Shown one piece after another: positions 12,237 through 24,000 of a DNA stretch of 53,283 nucleotides. The position numbers and the translations under genes are program-made. This stretch comes from Trichoplax sp. H2 (Eukaryota). The notes beneath the pieces are model-generated. The model saw only the letters and a program-made list of their open reading frames with translations. It ran no database searches and had not been told where the DNA came from. The stretch spans positions 62,001 through 115,283 of the forward strand of contig NOWV01000216.1 in assembly GCA_003344405.1 (NCBI GenBank). The letters are read 5' to 3'. Numbering within the stretch: the first letter of the stretch is position 1; each line of letters opens with the position of its first letter.

Positions 12237-12509
12237 CTAATATGATAGACCAGTCGTACTTGCTGGAGGAGAACCTAAAGTTCAGATACAATTTGGATCG
12301 CCAAATTCTTGACCAATAGTCTTGCCATCATCATCGCTATCTTTGTGATATAGTGATGTAGTCCAACTGTGACCAGCGTTAGCAAAATCGATTCCAAATC
12401 AATTTCTAGTACCCGCACGCGCTGAAACTTCATCACCAATACCAGACCAGATCAAACTAGGATTGCGATGGTTACGTACCTTATTACCATTTTGTAGTGA
12501 TGCATCCAT
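12237..12509 (-). pseudogene. Temptin-like pseudogene fragment (copy 3)
   Basis: Translates ..LQNGNKVRNHRNPSLIWSGIGDEVSARAGTRN*FGIDFANAGHSWTTSLYHKDSDDDGKTIGQEFGDPNCI*TLGSPPASTTGLSY*. Stops at 12399-12401 and 12282-12284; conserved Cys residues lost; not in the ORF track. Confidence 0.88.
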
Positions 12510-15289
12510 ATTTGATTATGCGGATAGCTATATTTGATATAGTTAGGTTACTTTGAAAAGATACTAGTGCAAGCTCCCTTCGCTTTGCTGACGGTTTACG
12601 ATAATGTGCTCATTTAACAGATAGTATTACTATTTGATAGACCTGTCAGAGATTCAGTAACTTTTTAGCGTGTATCCGTGTACTACTGTACAGTACTTTT
12701 ACATGTTGACTAATTATCGTGCAAGATTTATGTAGCTAGAAACACTGTAGTTGTTAAGATGCCCTTCGAAGAATGGGCCTAGATGTAAATAGTAGAGTAG
12801 TGGCATTTTAAGTAGAATGATTTAGATTGTAAAAAATGATGTACAATTAGAGAAAAGCATTTTGTTTGATGATTCATGCCTGATTGTATATGAATCAAGC
12901 TGTCATAAATGGTTTTAACGAAATGTTTATAAGAACTGTAGAGATAAGCCTACAGGAGAGAAGAGATTACACTTCGCTTCGAGCTCGGAATACTTTAGAT
13001 TTTAGACTAGATTCTTGTAGTAATTAATTATTGCTCTACCATTCCTAAAACTTTGTAATAAAAGCCTTTTAGAAAATACTATTTGACAAAGATAGTTATA
13101 GTGAGGCGCATTCATTACACCATTAGGAATAGAAGTTTGATATATATTACAGCTGTTCAAATAACTGATCTAGAGGGTATAAAAGATTAGTGTCACGAAG
13201 TAGCCTTAAATAGTAATCATTTGAGGTACCAAGGTATCTAGCCCCCAAAAATACATTAAATAATTCAACTCTAGCATTTTACAAGTGGATTAGTTAAAAA
13301 CTTTTAGTCAGTTGATAGTAATGAATATAAATTTTACAGTTTAAATTTCCTCTTTTATTTATAGGACTACTTAAAGAGACAATTTATACATCCAAATTCG
13401 AGTTTCAACTTAATCTGCCCCTTTATATGGACATACTCGTATAACAACATAACCAGTACACTTTGATCAGTAGGCAAATAAACTCCAAAAAAGACTCTAC
13501 TAATTGTTAGCTGTCTAATGTATATTGACATAACAAGTATTACTCAAACAGACACTGAAGCAGCTATATTCTATGCAATGTTATTATCATAGTGAGACAT
13601 ATTGAGCATTATTTACCTATTCTGATGATTAATAACAACAACTGCAAACGGGTCTGAAGCTATAGGAATTATTTATAGACAATCCTTTGCCATTTTAAAC
13701 AGCTCCATTGATTGTGATTATAATTCTGCAATAACTCTTTTCGAAACAGAATCTATTTCCAAAAATTAGGAGATAGCTTTGCAAGATTCCGTATAATATT
13801 ACAGTACTTTCACATGACAGTATTGGAGATTAGTAGCAAAGGAAGAAAGAATCTGGATAATATTTTTAAGCCTCTTATTCGGTATACAGTAATTATCCTA
13901 TATAAATGCTAGCAAAGATCACTCCTTATTGTTAGGCGTTTTAAGAACTAAGTACCTCATAATGAACAACTTTGATGTATTAAAATGTAATAAACCAAAC
14001 TGATGCCTGTTTAAATTCGTTATAGGTTGCACGAGTCATGCAGTATTAGAAGAGTTTTTAAGGTCTGTAATGTCATGAAGTACCTTAAATAGTGCAATAA
14101 AAGTAACTGTGGCGTAATAACTAAGAGTTATCATACTAGCATTACTTGTGGTCAAACTGTATTCTCTTGAAGTATGATAAAAATTGATAATCAGTTGACG
14201 AATAGAATGCAATATTACATATTTTCTTTTTATATTATAGTGTTTGGACATGATATTCAGCCAATAGAAATAAAATAGAGTACCTTTACCAGGAAATGAT
14301 TACCAGTTATCTAGCGTTTTGCTAAGGAAGTGATCGGTTATACTTGGTTTAATCAATTGCAAATAGCCATTAAAAAATGAAAATTTTTAATCAGTACGAT
14401 TACTGCGATCAAAATTTTCTCGAAAGCGATAGAATCAGGACGCCAAATATGCCTATATTAATTCAGTTTAGTTAGCTTTAAAATCGAACCCATTCAAACT
14501 TACAAAGTACGGTAAGGCAGGCATTAACGAGGGCATGTTTACTAGCCCTTGCTATTACGAGTTACGAGGCGATTTCAAGGATTATAATTAATTATACTAC
14601 AGTACTTGCATCGACAAGAGAGTGTTTTTCTTTCACCATAACAATTTTTAAAATGGATTGCCTGGAAGTAAATAACCTATCATTATTCGGCTATTTTTAG
14701 ATCTTATAAAACTTAAAGAACCTGGACTTCTAAGATCTACAAATACTGACAATCTGTGGTTATTAATCTTGCTTAGCTTAATTTCGGTTTACGATTAATC
14801 TAGGTTGGCAAATGTATTTAATTATAGATCATTTAAGCGATAATTGTATACCGTACCGGTAACTTACGATATATGTATTAATATATAACATATATGTACA
14901 CACGTACATCCTTTCGATGCCTGTATACGTCTTCGTAAACTTAAGTATTCAACTAGCTATTAGAATAAGATTGTACTTAATTTATTTTCGATAACGTGGA
15001 CTTCATCTGTGATCATTCAAGACAAAATACACTAAAGTTTTACTTTAGACAGGAATTCGATGCAGTAATCATCAAACAAATTTAAGAGTGCAAGTACTGC
15101 CTTGATTACAAAAATACTGACTCGTTCCTTTTAAGCTCATATTACAATACCTAGCTATAGTGATATTCTCATCATCTTAAATAGTAGAAAAATATTAGGA
15201 AATACGCTTCGCACTTATTAAAAGAAAGAATTAAAGCCATTTGACGAGTTGGTCATTAATGCTACGACGTAGTTTGCATGTAAGTACGA

Positions 15290-15754
15290 TTATAGTTCGG
15301 TGTTGGATGGTTTGTTTTCCGCCTTATTTGGGCAATCGATATTGCAACTTAGCCATGACTGCTTCTGACCACAACACGTAGGAGAATTGAGCGGCTCACA
15401 GATTCCTGGATGAGAAAGACCGGTTGAGATTGACGGAGTTGCACCTACAGCCCATGTACACTCAGGATCGCCAAGTTCTTCACCATTTGTTTTGCCATCT
15501 CCATCACTATCCATCTGACAAAGTGATTTAGTCCACGTATAGCCAGCATTAGCAAAATCAACACCAAATGAATTCCTTGCATCAGCGCCGCCAGATGATT
15601 GATGGCCAACCCCAAGCCAGGGATTACTGATGTCCTCATGGCATGGATTAGGAACTTTTACACCATTTGGGATTTTTTCAGTAAAATCGCTGTAACCATT
15701 AATACAAACAACTTGAAATACACACAAGCACTTGATTATTAGCCACAAATTCAT
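15290..15754 (-). CDS. Secreted temptin-like protein, 154 aa (copy 4)
   Basis: Signal peptide MNLWLIIKCLCVFQVVCING; full temptin signature incl. WLGVGH, RNSFGVDF, LCQMDSDGDGKTNGEELGDPECTW, SHPGICEP, CCG.KQSWLSC...C; ends shortly after the domain with no stalk or anchor. Confidence 0.9.
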   Translation of the reverse strand: MNLWLIIKCLCVFQVVCINGYSDFTEKIPNGVKVPNPCHEDISNPWLGVGHQSSGGADARNSFGVDFANAGYTWTKSLCQMDSDGDGKTNGEELGDPECTWAVGATPSISTGLSHPGICEPLNSPTCCGQKQSWLSCNIDCPNKAENKPSNTEL

Positions 15755-18080
15755 CGCGATCGTTGACGTTGAAATACACGGGAGATCTTGTCAATTACAA
15801 ATTAATTTCAAAATAGAACCAAAGCCAATTCTAACTTGTCACTTTTATCAATATTCTAAATGGCTAAGCAATCCCTAATGCAAGTATCACCAGATCCAAG
15901 AATAAGACTTCAGTTAACAACTTGGTTTGAAGAAGCCAATCCGCCTTAACTCACGATGAAATCTTCAGCTTGCGATGCCACTGTTATCCACTATCTTCTA
16001 TTAGTGTATATGGGCTCGTTATTTTCGCCTACCAGCAATAGCAATAGACTCCTTTAATTGGATCGCTAACCAATCAGACAGAGAATCAGACTAACGATGA
16101 TTTTCGATTGTCTACTAATCTATTCTTATCTAGTCGACGATTATTATAGAGACAATGGAATAGCTGATAGCACAGAGAAGGAAAAATCGAATGTAGAGAA
16201 ATACTAGCTAGAATTGACAATCTTTTGGTCAAACCTAGTGCGGAAAATGGTTTAGGACTTTTAATCGGTGGTGAAGATTTCTTCTTCTCTTATAATACAA
16301 TGTCAAGGCGTTTTATAAGCCAAAAACGTGGACTACGAGATATACTAGTACTAGTAGATAGATAAACTTGAGAAGTATATGACTAAAAAGGGCTGAAGAG
16401 TTGCTACTGGAGACTCTAGTACTAATATTAGACGGATAAAATGCGTTTGCTCAGTTGCATAATGAGTTTGCGTAGTATGCTTTCAATCAACTACTTGATT
16501 TTATAACCGACTTAATGTAAATCAGATATTTTTGTGATTAATTAATTATTAAGGATCGATATTCAAAATTAATCATTAATATTATCATATATCCCACCTT
16601 ATGGTAGATCCGAGAATCGGTATAGCAATTCTGTACTTTATTCAATGAATATAGAGATTATGATTAACAACAACTACTTGCTGGGGCCATTTATAATTAT
16701 ATACCGAATTCGTAATTTAACACAGCAATAGTTATCAGTACTGTATTTACATTAAGTATTAATATCTACTGATTAAATGTAGTTCAACTGACTACTTGCT
16801 GTATGAAGGCTTAAATATGCATACCTGCTGGATATCTATTACTAGCGTCCATAAACTGTAAAACTAGTGTTAGACTTATATATCCATCAATGTATGTGTG
16901 GTAAATAGTTTCACGCGTCAGGTCATCAAGACTTCATGCTTTTTGAACTAGCGTCGATACCGATTCGCGCTTTACTTTATATGATCGTCTATACGTCAAG
17001 GAATATTTTTACCCGCTGGGTCAGTGAATCTTCATACTTAATAGCGTTAATAATAATTAGTTATCCGCTGTAATTAATGTCAAGTTATAGAATTTGGATG
17101 CATTAATGTTGTTCCCAATCAGCTATACGTACCAATATTGATGCAACGTTGATTTATCGATACTGTAAGAATGAAAGATCCTTCAGATATAATAATAATA
17201 CTTTAATATTAATTGTTTTAACATGGTATTCACAGCAATGACAAATTGAAGATATTTTCTTTCACCAAGTTTAAGGTTATATTCTAACGCTTGTTAATAA
17301 CAGAAGTAAAATTCGTTATATTTTTGGAATCAACTGATAAAATAGTAATATCCGAATAATGTAAAGAAAGTATTCTGGTACAACATCTCCGTTATGATTT
17401 TAATTTATATAAGAAATTTTCAAGTCTTACGATATAAGAAGCGTGAGTGTCGTAAAGATTATGTAGAACATCTGTATCATAGCCGCTAATTAGTTAAACT
17501 TAATTATGATTAAATACATGAAAGATTGACATTTGAGATTTTCAGAATTTCTTAACGTTTGTTCGCATTAAATACATCCAGTCTTGAATGATACCATTCG
17601 CATACGATGATAATCATAAGCCATAAATTTCTAATTAAAACTGGGAGTCTAAAATAAACATCTACTATTTAATTTAAGTACCATATTGAACAGAACTTTC
17701 GAAACAATTTAACGGCAAAAACTTTTCCATTTATAAACGCTAAATGTTTTATCGGCCTTTCGCAAAGCATTTTAACTTAAAATGGCATATATTATGAATC
17801 GATGAATCTGATAAGCGGTATATTTTGTACTTGATTTCATTTATTACACCATTTTTAGAATTCACTTTGAAACTAATGAGCCTATAAGTAGTCTAGAACT
17901 TATTTCTTATATTAAGTTATTCCCGTAGTAGTTGAGTTGAATTTACATTTTCAGTATCTTTAGCAGTATGATTACATTTTACTAAACCACCCCTAGGATA
18001 GCTTTAGGTATTTTTTCTTAGTGCTAACAATGGTCTGGAGAACATCTTGCGTTAGTTATGGCAATATCTATTTTATCAAT

Positions 18081-21011
18081 TTAAGTTAATGTGAATTTTC
18101 CATGATGTTCTTCCGATATAGCATAGATGTTGTCAATTTGTTGCTTTGTCTGTCCATTTAATTCAGTCGGGTAGAAAAGACAGTTACGTTCCGCATCTCC
18201 CCATTTCTTCCATAAATCGTAATGTGTCGATTTTCGTTTATCTGCTACCCATTTATCATCATATAAGTTATTGCATAAGCCGCACAAATCGCTAATATCA
18301 TTTCCCTTGTCGACTTTGTAGTGTAAACGCCACATGAAATAATGATTATATAATGTATCATCATTATCGAGTTGTTTTAAATACTTTGCTAGTTGATAGC
18401 TGCTAGCAAAATTGAAAACATTTATGAGAGAATACGGAGGTGCAGTCCTTGGATCTTCATAATTGGCACCTCCAACAACCACAGGCACAATATCATATTT
18501 TAAACCACGGGTATACAATTCCTGAGTAGCATAATCACGACAAATAGAATCTTCCATAATAAGTAAAAACTTATATTTTCGAGCAATCATTTCCATACAG
18601 TGTTGAGTCCCATTAGGGCATGTGATATTCCCACATGGTCCATAAGCATCAATTGGAATAAATTGTCGTAAATTATTCAGGAAAGTTTTGGTTTGATGAT
18701 TGCATCTTGCTGAATAATATGCCATTAATTTTGTCTTTCCTTGAGCATAATTTCGTTGTGGATCAAACTGCTGCTGAAAATTGCCTTTTGTAATCGATCC
18801 ATAATGATGGATTAAATCAGCATCATGAGTATGACTCATAACTAGATTAAACATGGCCAAATGAAAGCGTAAAATTTTAATATGAGCTTGTTGATTATAA
18901 ACTGGACTACGTCGATTATGATAAATCCATAATTGTTGCTCAGGACGCAATTTCATCTCGGGGAAGTATTGGAAAGAGCTAAATTCCTTTCGGTAATTTT
19001 GAAAAATGACCGCAGCACTTTTAGTATACTGGCTAGGATCTCGCACAACACGACAATGATGCTGTCCACAGGATAAATCAATACCAGCTTCAGATTGATG
19101 ACGATTTGGATGCTGGCTCCATATCAGAATTGTTTTGATTCTGGGTAGACGATTGATGATCTGCCTCTCTAATGGACTACTAATAGATTTGGGCTGGCGT
19201 AACATCTGCAATGGCCAAGTTTCGCCTTCCATTGGATCTAATTCATAATTTTGTTTTTTATGCTTAACCACCGATGGCATAAGCGCTTTTTTTCCTGATT
19301 TTCTAATTAAATGTTGCCGTCTAGATAGATCCGAATGAACTTTATTAATCGATTTTTTAATACCCAATTTTCTTTCTTGTAAACTCGATAGTCTTGACAT
19401 TTTTTGCTTCTTATGCATTCTAACCGATTGATTTGCTCTTAGTCTTATGGTAGAATTACCAAGTGATCGTAATTTTGTGACATTTGATGTTTTCTTTGCC
19501 TTAATTCGAAATTTTAAGTTCTTCTTGGATGGTAAGTTCTGAATATTGCTTGTATCCATAGAATCGAATTCTTCTTCGTCTGTGTCGATCAAGTTTTGTC
19601 GATTTTTATCTCCTGTATTGACGGTCTGGCGATCCATTGAGTAACGATTTTTCTTCTTGGCTTTGTATTTCCCCAATTTTAGGTTCATTTTTCCCTTAGC
19701 ATTCTTTTCCGTTAGTGCTTTGTTCGAGGATTTCGATATTTTAGATTTTGGAAACGATTCCTGTTCATCATTTAATCTTTCTTCCTCTTCATCCAATGGA
19801 GAATCTTCATCATCATCGCTATCAATTTCATCCAACTCAATAGACCCAAGAGTATTCTTATCATACTCTCTGCCGCCACTTATAATTGATTTATTCTTAG
19901 ATGTCTTGACAGTTTTCGATTGATTTGGTTTTGATTTTTCTTTCCCATTCTCGGAGATTTCTGCATAAGGATCTTCTTCTTGATAAGGATCCAGCTCATC
20001 TTCATATCCTAAAGTATCATCGAAACTGTCATCGGAGTCCGGTATTTTTTCCTTAGCTTTAATAAAAATCTTCTTTCCCTTCTGGATTTTTGCTACTTTT
20101 TTTGCGTTGATCGGCAATTTAGTATGAAGGTGCCAAGTTCTATTCTTTTTTTTTAAATCTTGATATTTAACTTTTCCTTTTAAATGAGATAATTTTCCAT
20201 TTTTATGGCCATGGCGAAGTTTTGACAGGGCTTTTACTTTTGTTTTCTTCCTTGCAATTTCAGTTTTATTTCTGGAAAGAGATGAATTTAATTTGGAATT
20301 CTTGATGGCACCTTTGGAAGTTGCATTTTTAGAAGGTACGATAACCAATCCTTTATGCCCCTGGTGACGATGGTGTACACCTTTGCTTTTTAAACCGTTG
20401 GAAGTTTTATTGCTTAATTGCCGATCAATGACGTTCGAAGGATTTTTTTTCAATTTATTACCAAAGGCTTGAGAGTAAACATCATTTTTATTTAAAGCAA
20501 AGGTATTATTAGGTTTCTTTTTCGGTAATGACTGCTTAAACGGCAATTTGAAGGTATCCAATTTTTTCTTACTCAATTGTTGCATGATCTGAATTTTTTT
20601 ACGCTGATTTGATGTATCATTCATTTTAGATTCAAACTTATAAAAATTGGAATTCAATTTAGATGATTGATGGAATGATTTCTGCTTAAGTTTAGGCGAG
20701 AGTTTACTGCCACTGTCAACAGAATTAGACTTTAAACGAACCGATTTTGATTTGCTATTGATATAATTTTTAGCCGCATTTTGAAGATTTTTTCTCTCGT
20801 CTAGAGGTGATATTTTCTCTTTCTGATGGTGCGATTTCTTATCCTTAGATGATTGCTGATGCTCAGGCTGACTAGTTATAATCATGGCGAAAAAGAAAAC
20901 AGCAATTAAAACTACAACTAAAACTTTACATCGTTTTAATTTACGATAACGCGATTCTCTAATCATCTTGGATAGACGATTAGTACGAGGACTTTCATCG
21001 GGATTATTCAT
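18081..21011 (-). CDS. Type II membrane glycosyltransferase family 10 (alpha-1,3-fucosyltransferase-like) protein with very long Lys-rich stem; catalytic motifs degenerate
   Basis: Basic cytoplasmic tail + TM (VLVVVLIAVFFFAMII, aa ~30-46); ~580-aa low-complexity stem; C-terminal ~350 aa with GT10 landmarks ILIWS...C.V..D...SAAVIF, RP.QQLWI, FNLVMS...DAD, ID.YGPCG, YKF...C.DY.T, VPVVVGG..Y...PP.S.INV..F.S...LA.YL..L..D...Y..YF.WR, LCGLC. Single exon. Confidence 0.9.
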   Translation of the reverse strand: MNNPDESPRTNRLSKMIRESRYRKLKRCKVLVVVLIAVFFFAMIITSQPEHQQSSKDKKSHHQKEKISPLDERKNLQNAAKNYINSKSKSVRLKSNSVDSGSKLSPKLKQKSFHQSSKLNSNFYKFESKMNDTSNQRKKIQIMQQLSKKKLDTFKLPFKQSLPKKKPNNTFALNKNDVYSQAFGNKLKKNPSNVIDRQLSNKTSNGLKSKGVHHRHQGHKGLVIVPSKNATSKGAIKNSKLNSSLSRNKTEIARKKTKVKALSKLRHGHKNGKLSHLKGKVKYQDLKKKNRTWHLHTKLPINAKKVAKIQKGKKIFIKAKEKIPDSDDSFDDTLGYEDELDPYQEEDPYAEISENGKEKSKPNQSKTVKTSKNKSIISGGREYDKNTLGSIELDEIDSDDDEDSPLDEEEERLNDEQESFPKSKISKSSNKALTEKNAKGKMNLKLGKYKAKKKNRYSMDRQTVNTGDKNRQNLIDTDEEEFDSMDTSNIQNLPSKKNLKFRIKAKKTSNVTKLRSLGNSTIRLRANQSVRMHKKQKMSRLSSLQERKLGIKKSINKVHSDLSRRQHLIRKSGKKALMPSVVKHKKQNYELDPMEGETWPLQMLRQPKSISSPLERQIINRLPRIKTILIWSQHPNRHQSEAGIDLSCGQHHCRVVRDPSQYTKSAAVIFQNYRKEFSSFQYFPEMKLRPEQQLWIYHNRRSPVYNQQAHIKILRFHLAMFNLVMSHTHDADLIHHYGSITKGNFQQQFDPQRNYAQGKTKLMAYYSARCNHQTKTFLNNLRQFIPIDAYGPCGNITCPNGTQHCMEMIARKYKFLLIMEDSICRDYATQELYTRGLKYDIVPVVVGGANYEDPRTAPPYSLINVFNFASSYQLAKYLKQLDNDDTLYNHYFMWRLHYKVDKGNDISDLCGLCNNLYDDKWVADKRKSTHYDLWKKWGDAERNCLFYPTELNGQTKQQIDNIYAISEEHHGKFTLT

Positions 21012-24000
21012 GATGGCGATTTAATACAACTAAAACTAAAATGACAAATTGCTAATACTATTAGACAAATTGAACCAAATTGGTCAACATCTGTATCATG
21101 GGCTATTCATTGTCTATTTCAGTCGCATCCAATGAATTTGAAAAATTCTGTTTTTCTCATTTATTCGTATGGATGATCCCTTTACCAGATGTTGCCTACA
21201 ATTTAAAAAGTTGATTGGACGCTAAAATTATCGATCGCGTGCCGAAATTTGGCCATTTCTATTTATTTTTGGTCGTCTTTATTAGAAAGGGATCCACCTT
21301 AATCTTTTAATTCAAGTTGTACATAAATTCACTCTTTCGATCCATAGACTGCATAGCCATCAGGGTTAACCTTAAAATATTATATATTAACTGATGATTG
21401 CTCGGAGAATTAGGTTCTACGTAAGGAATAGGGTAAAATTTACAATTATTATTATCATGCTGAACGTGTGTAAGATTTACTTATATGATATCACTAATTA
21501 AGGATGTTACGGACATACGCGAAATGTAAGCAACATAAGGCCAAAAATAAAGGTTGAATTAAAGTTGATGCTGTGCATCAGTAAATAATAAATATTATTG
21601 TGTGCTACAGAATATGCTAATTTACTTATTTCAAACTCATCAGCGTTCGTAGTAGATAATTATACTTCTAATTATATCAAAAATTATCACTAGATATTGC
21701 AATAATTAGAAGTTATTTTTAATCCGCTATGATCATGGCACGTGCTTGGGATAATACGGCATCATAAAAGCGATCAATCATGTTTAATTAAAGTATAAAC
21801 TCATTATGCGATTTAATCAACTATAAGAAAAGGGAAGCGATTGAATAGTAAACCTAAAGCTTATTTATTTGCCTTTGCAGCATTAACTTCTACATAACAT
21901 TAGTACAAAAGTAAGCAGTGAAACAAAGTGTTATATAAAACAACCGCATGTTCATGAGACAGAATTCATTCATAAACCACGGTATGATGGTCATGAAAAG
22001 CTAGGCCAAGCTTTGCATAAGATAGAAATTAAAAACCCGTCTACATTCACATAATGCAAAACAAGGTAACCATTTATTGATTACATTTTATTTATTTGCA
22101 AAACTTTTGAAAACCTAGAGCAAAATATTGCAGTGAGAAAGCATTCATGTCGTGGAAAGAAATCTTGCTATTTTGACTTCTATCATTAACATTTAGCATG
22201 GATTTAGTCGCCTAGAAGATTTGTTGAATCTTATTGACTAGTTTTCAAAAGCCGTCGATCCGAAGCTCTGTTAAAACGAATTATCTAAACGTAGTAGGAT
22301 ATGGAAATTTCCTTTATGTTCTATACCTTTTGTATATCGCGAGATTGAAGACTAGCAAAGATAATGATTTTTGGTAAACAAGTTCCGTAAATGATGTTAT
22401 TAAGCGATAGAAACTCTTGGTTTTAATAATCTACAATAAGTGAATTGCTTTAATGCAATTATTTTAGTATCGGAAGTTTAATTTATCTTAATATACATAT
22501 TAAATTGCCCCTTATTACTGAACGATATTTACAATCTACTACCATATAGTGGAATTTTATTACATTTCGAAGAATAATTCTTAGCGTAGACTTTCTCAAC
22601 GTAGCTTTATTTTATTAGTAACTTTAGAAACTAGGTAAATCATGCATACGGAAAAATTAACAAGCAAGCTTTTAATGTACTTTTAGCAAAAGGTGATTTA
22701 ACAGCTAGTCTAAATATACGATGAAAGGGTTTTGATCCTCAACATTTGCAATTACAGAGTCGAAATTTGAGTTATTAATTCGAGAAAATCTCTAATATGA
22801 CGTAATATGGCCAGCATCGCTTTAACCTTAAAAGTAAGGTTTAATTAATATCTATCTGTCAGAGAAGAATTCACTTCTCTGCCTATAACAGCGTATCCAT
22901 AACGCGATACAACATCCCTTTGTCTTATTTTACTCGAGAGTTAATAATTATATTACTTATTGAGCACGCCATCATCTACAATCATCCTACTATATATCGA
23001 ACAACTGACAGTTTAACTAAGTCACAGATTGCTTTACTTTAAATAGCAATGATGTAATATAATATTACAATATAATATTATATATAGTTTAATAGATAAA
23101 TGCTTACTTCTATGGTATTATCTATAGTATTATCTATTTGGGTATTGATAAGCGATAATGTCATTCTAATCGTACTGTAAATTAACTAATATTTACAACA
23201 TAAAGTCAGAGTTCAGTTTGTTCAAAAGATAGAATATTGATTACCGATTGTCTGACGATAGCGAGATCGCCAGTATTTAGAGTTATCTTTTTGGTAGATA
23301 TTGAGATGGACAAATCTGATGGTAGGCTCGTAGTATTGTATTTCTCGTTTTCCTTTTAAATTTTTCCGTTACAATTGTAGAATTGTGACCATATAATTAT
23401 CAAAGATTTGAGTTAGCGATAATAGTGATGAGCCTGGCAAGTCTTTTATGACTATTCATTCAAGCAATGTATTGTGTGAAATATTGTATCATGCCTGTGA
23501 TGCAGTGTTATGTCATACCGAAATTCTGAACGTGGATTAACAGTTAATAAGAATAATAGTTTCGTAAAAATTCTTAATTATCAAACAGCTGATTGATTGG
23601 TTGATCCGAAGTGCTAAATTATCGTTCCAATATTATCAAATGCTAACTACTGATATAAATAATTAATAATTACTTAACAATTTTATACCTGTGTTATTGT
23701 TCTGTACATGCTGGCCTTAGACGGATGATATTATTCAGGATTATGGATTACCTAAAATGGAAGCAACCATTCTTTATCGATAATGATTATAATCAATAGC
23801 TTGAAGAAGCATTTTAGCACTGACAGCGACAGTACGTTACCATTGGTATGAATTGAATGAAAATAACAGATATGTACTTATTGATTTAATGAAGAGCTGC
23901 TAACTTAATTGTTTTATGAATAATTTTAATAAATTTCTTGAAGTCTAATTTCTTTGTACAAGACATAGACAGGTTAATTTATATAAAATGACAAATTATC

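Noticed and set aside
12731..13381. TGT...ACA segment flanked by ATTTA as another solo LTR
   Set aside because: Only a 3-bp terminal match and an all-AT 5-mer; expected by chance in this composition.
15445..19923. ORFs 15445-15639 (-) and 19657-19923 (+)
   Set aside because: Alternate-frame or antisense shadows of temptin copy 4 and the GT10-like gene.
21505..21540. LTR-like start TGTTACGG (similar starts at 13191 and 48898)
   Set aside because: No matching ...ACA terminus with a duplicated target site at a plausible distance.
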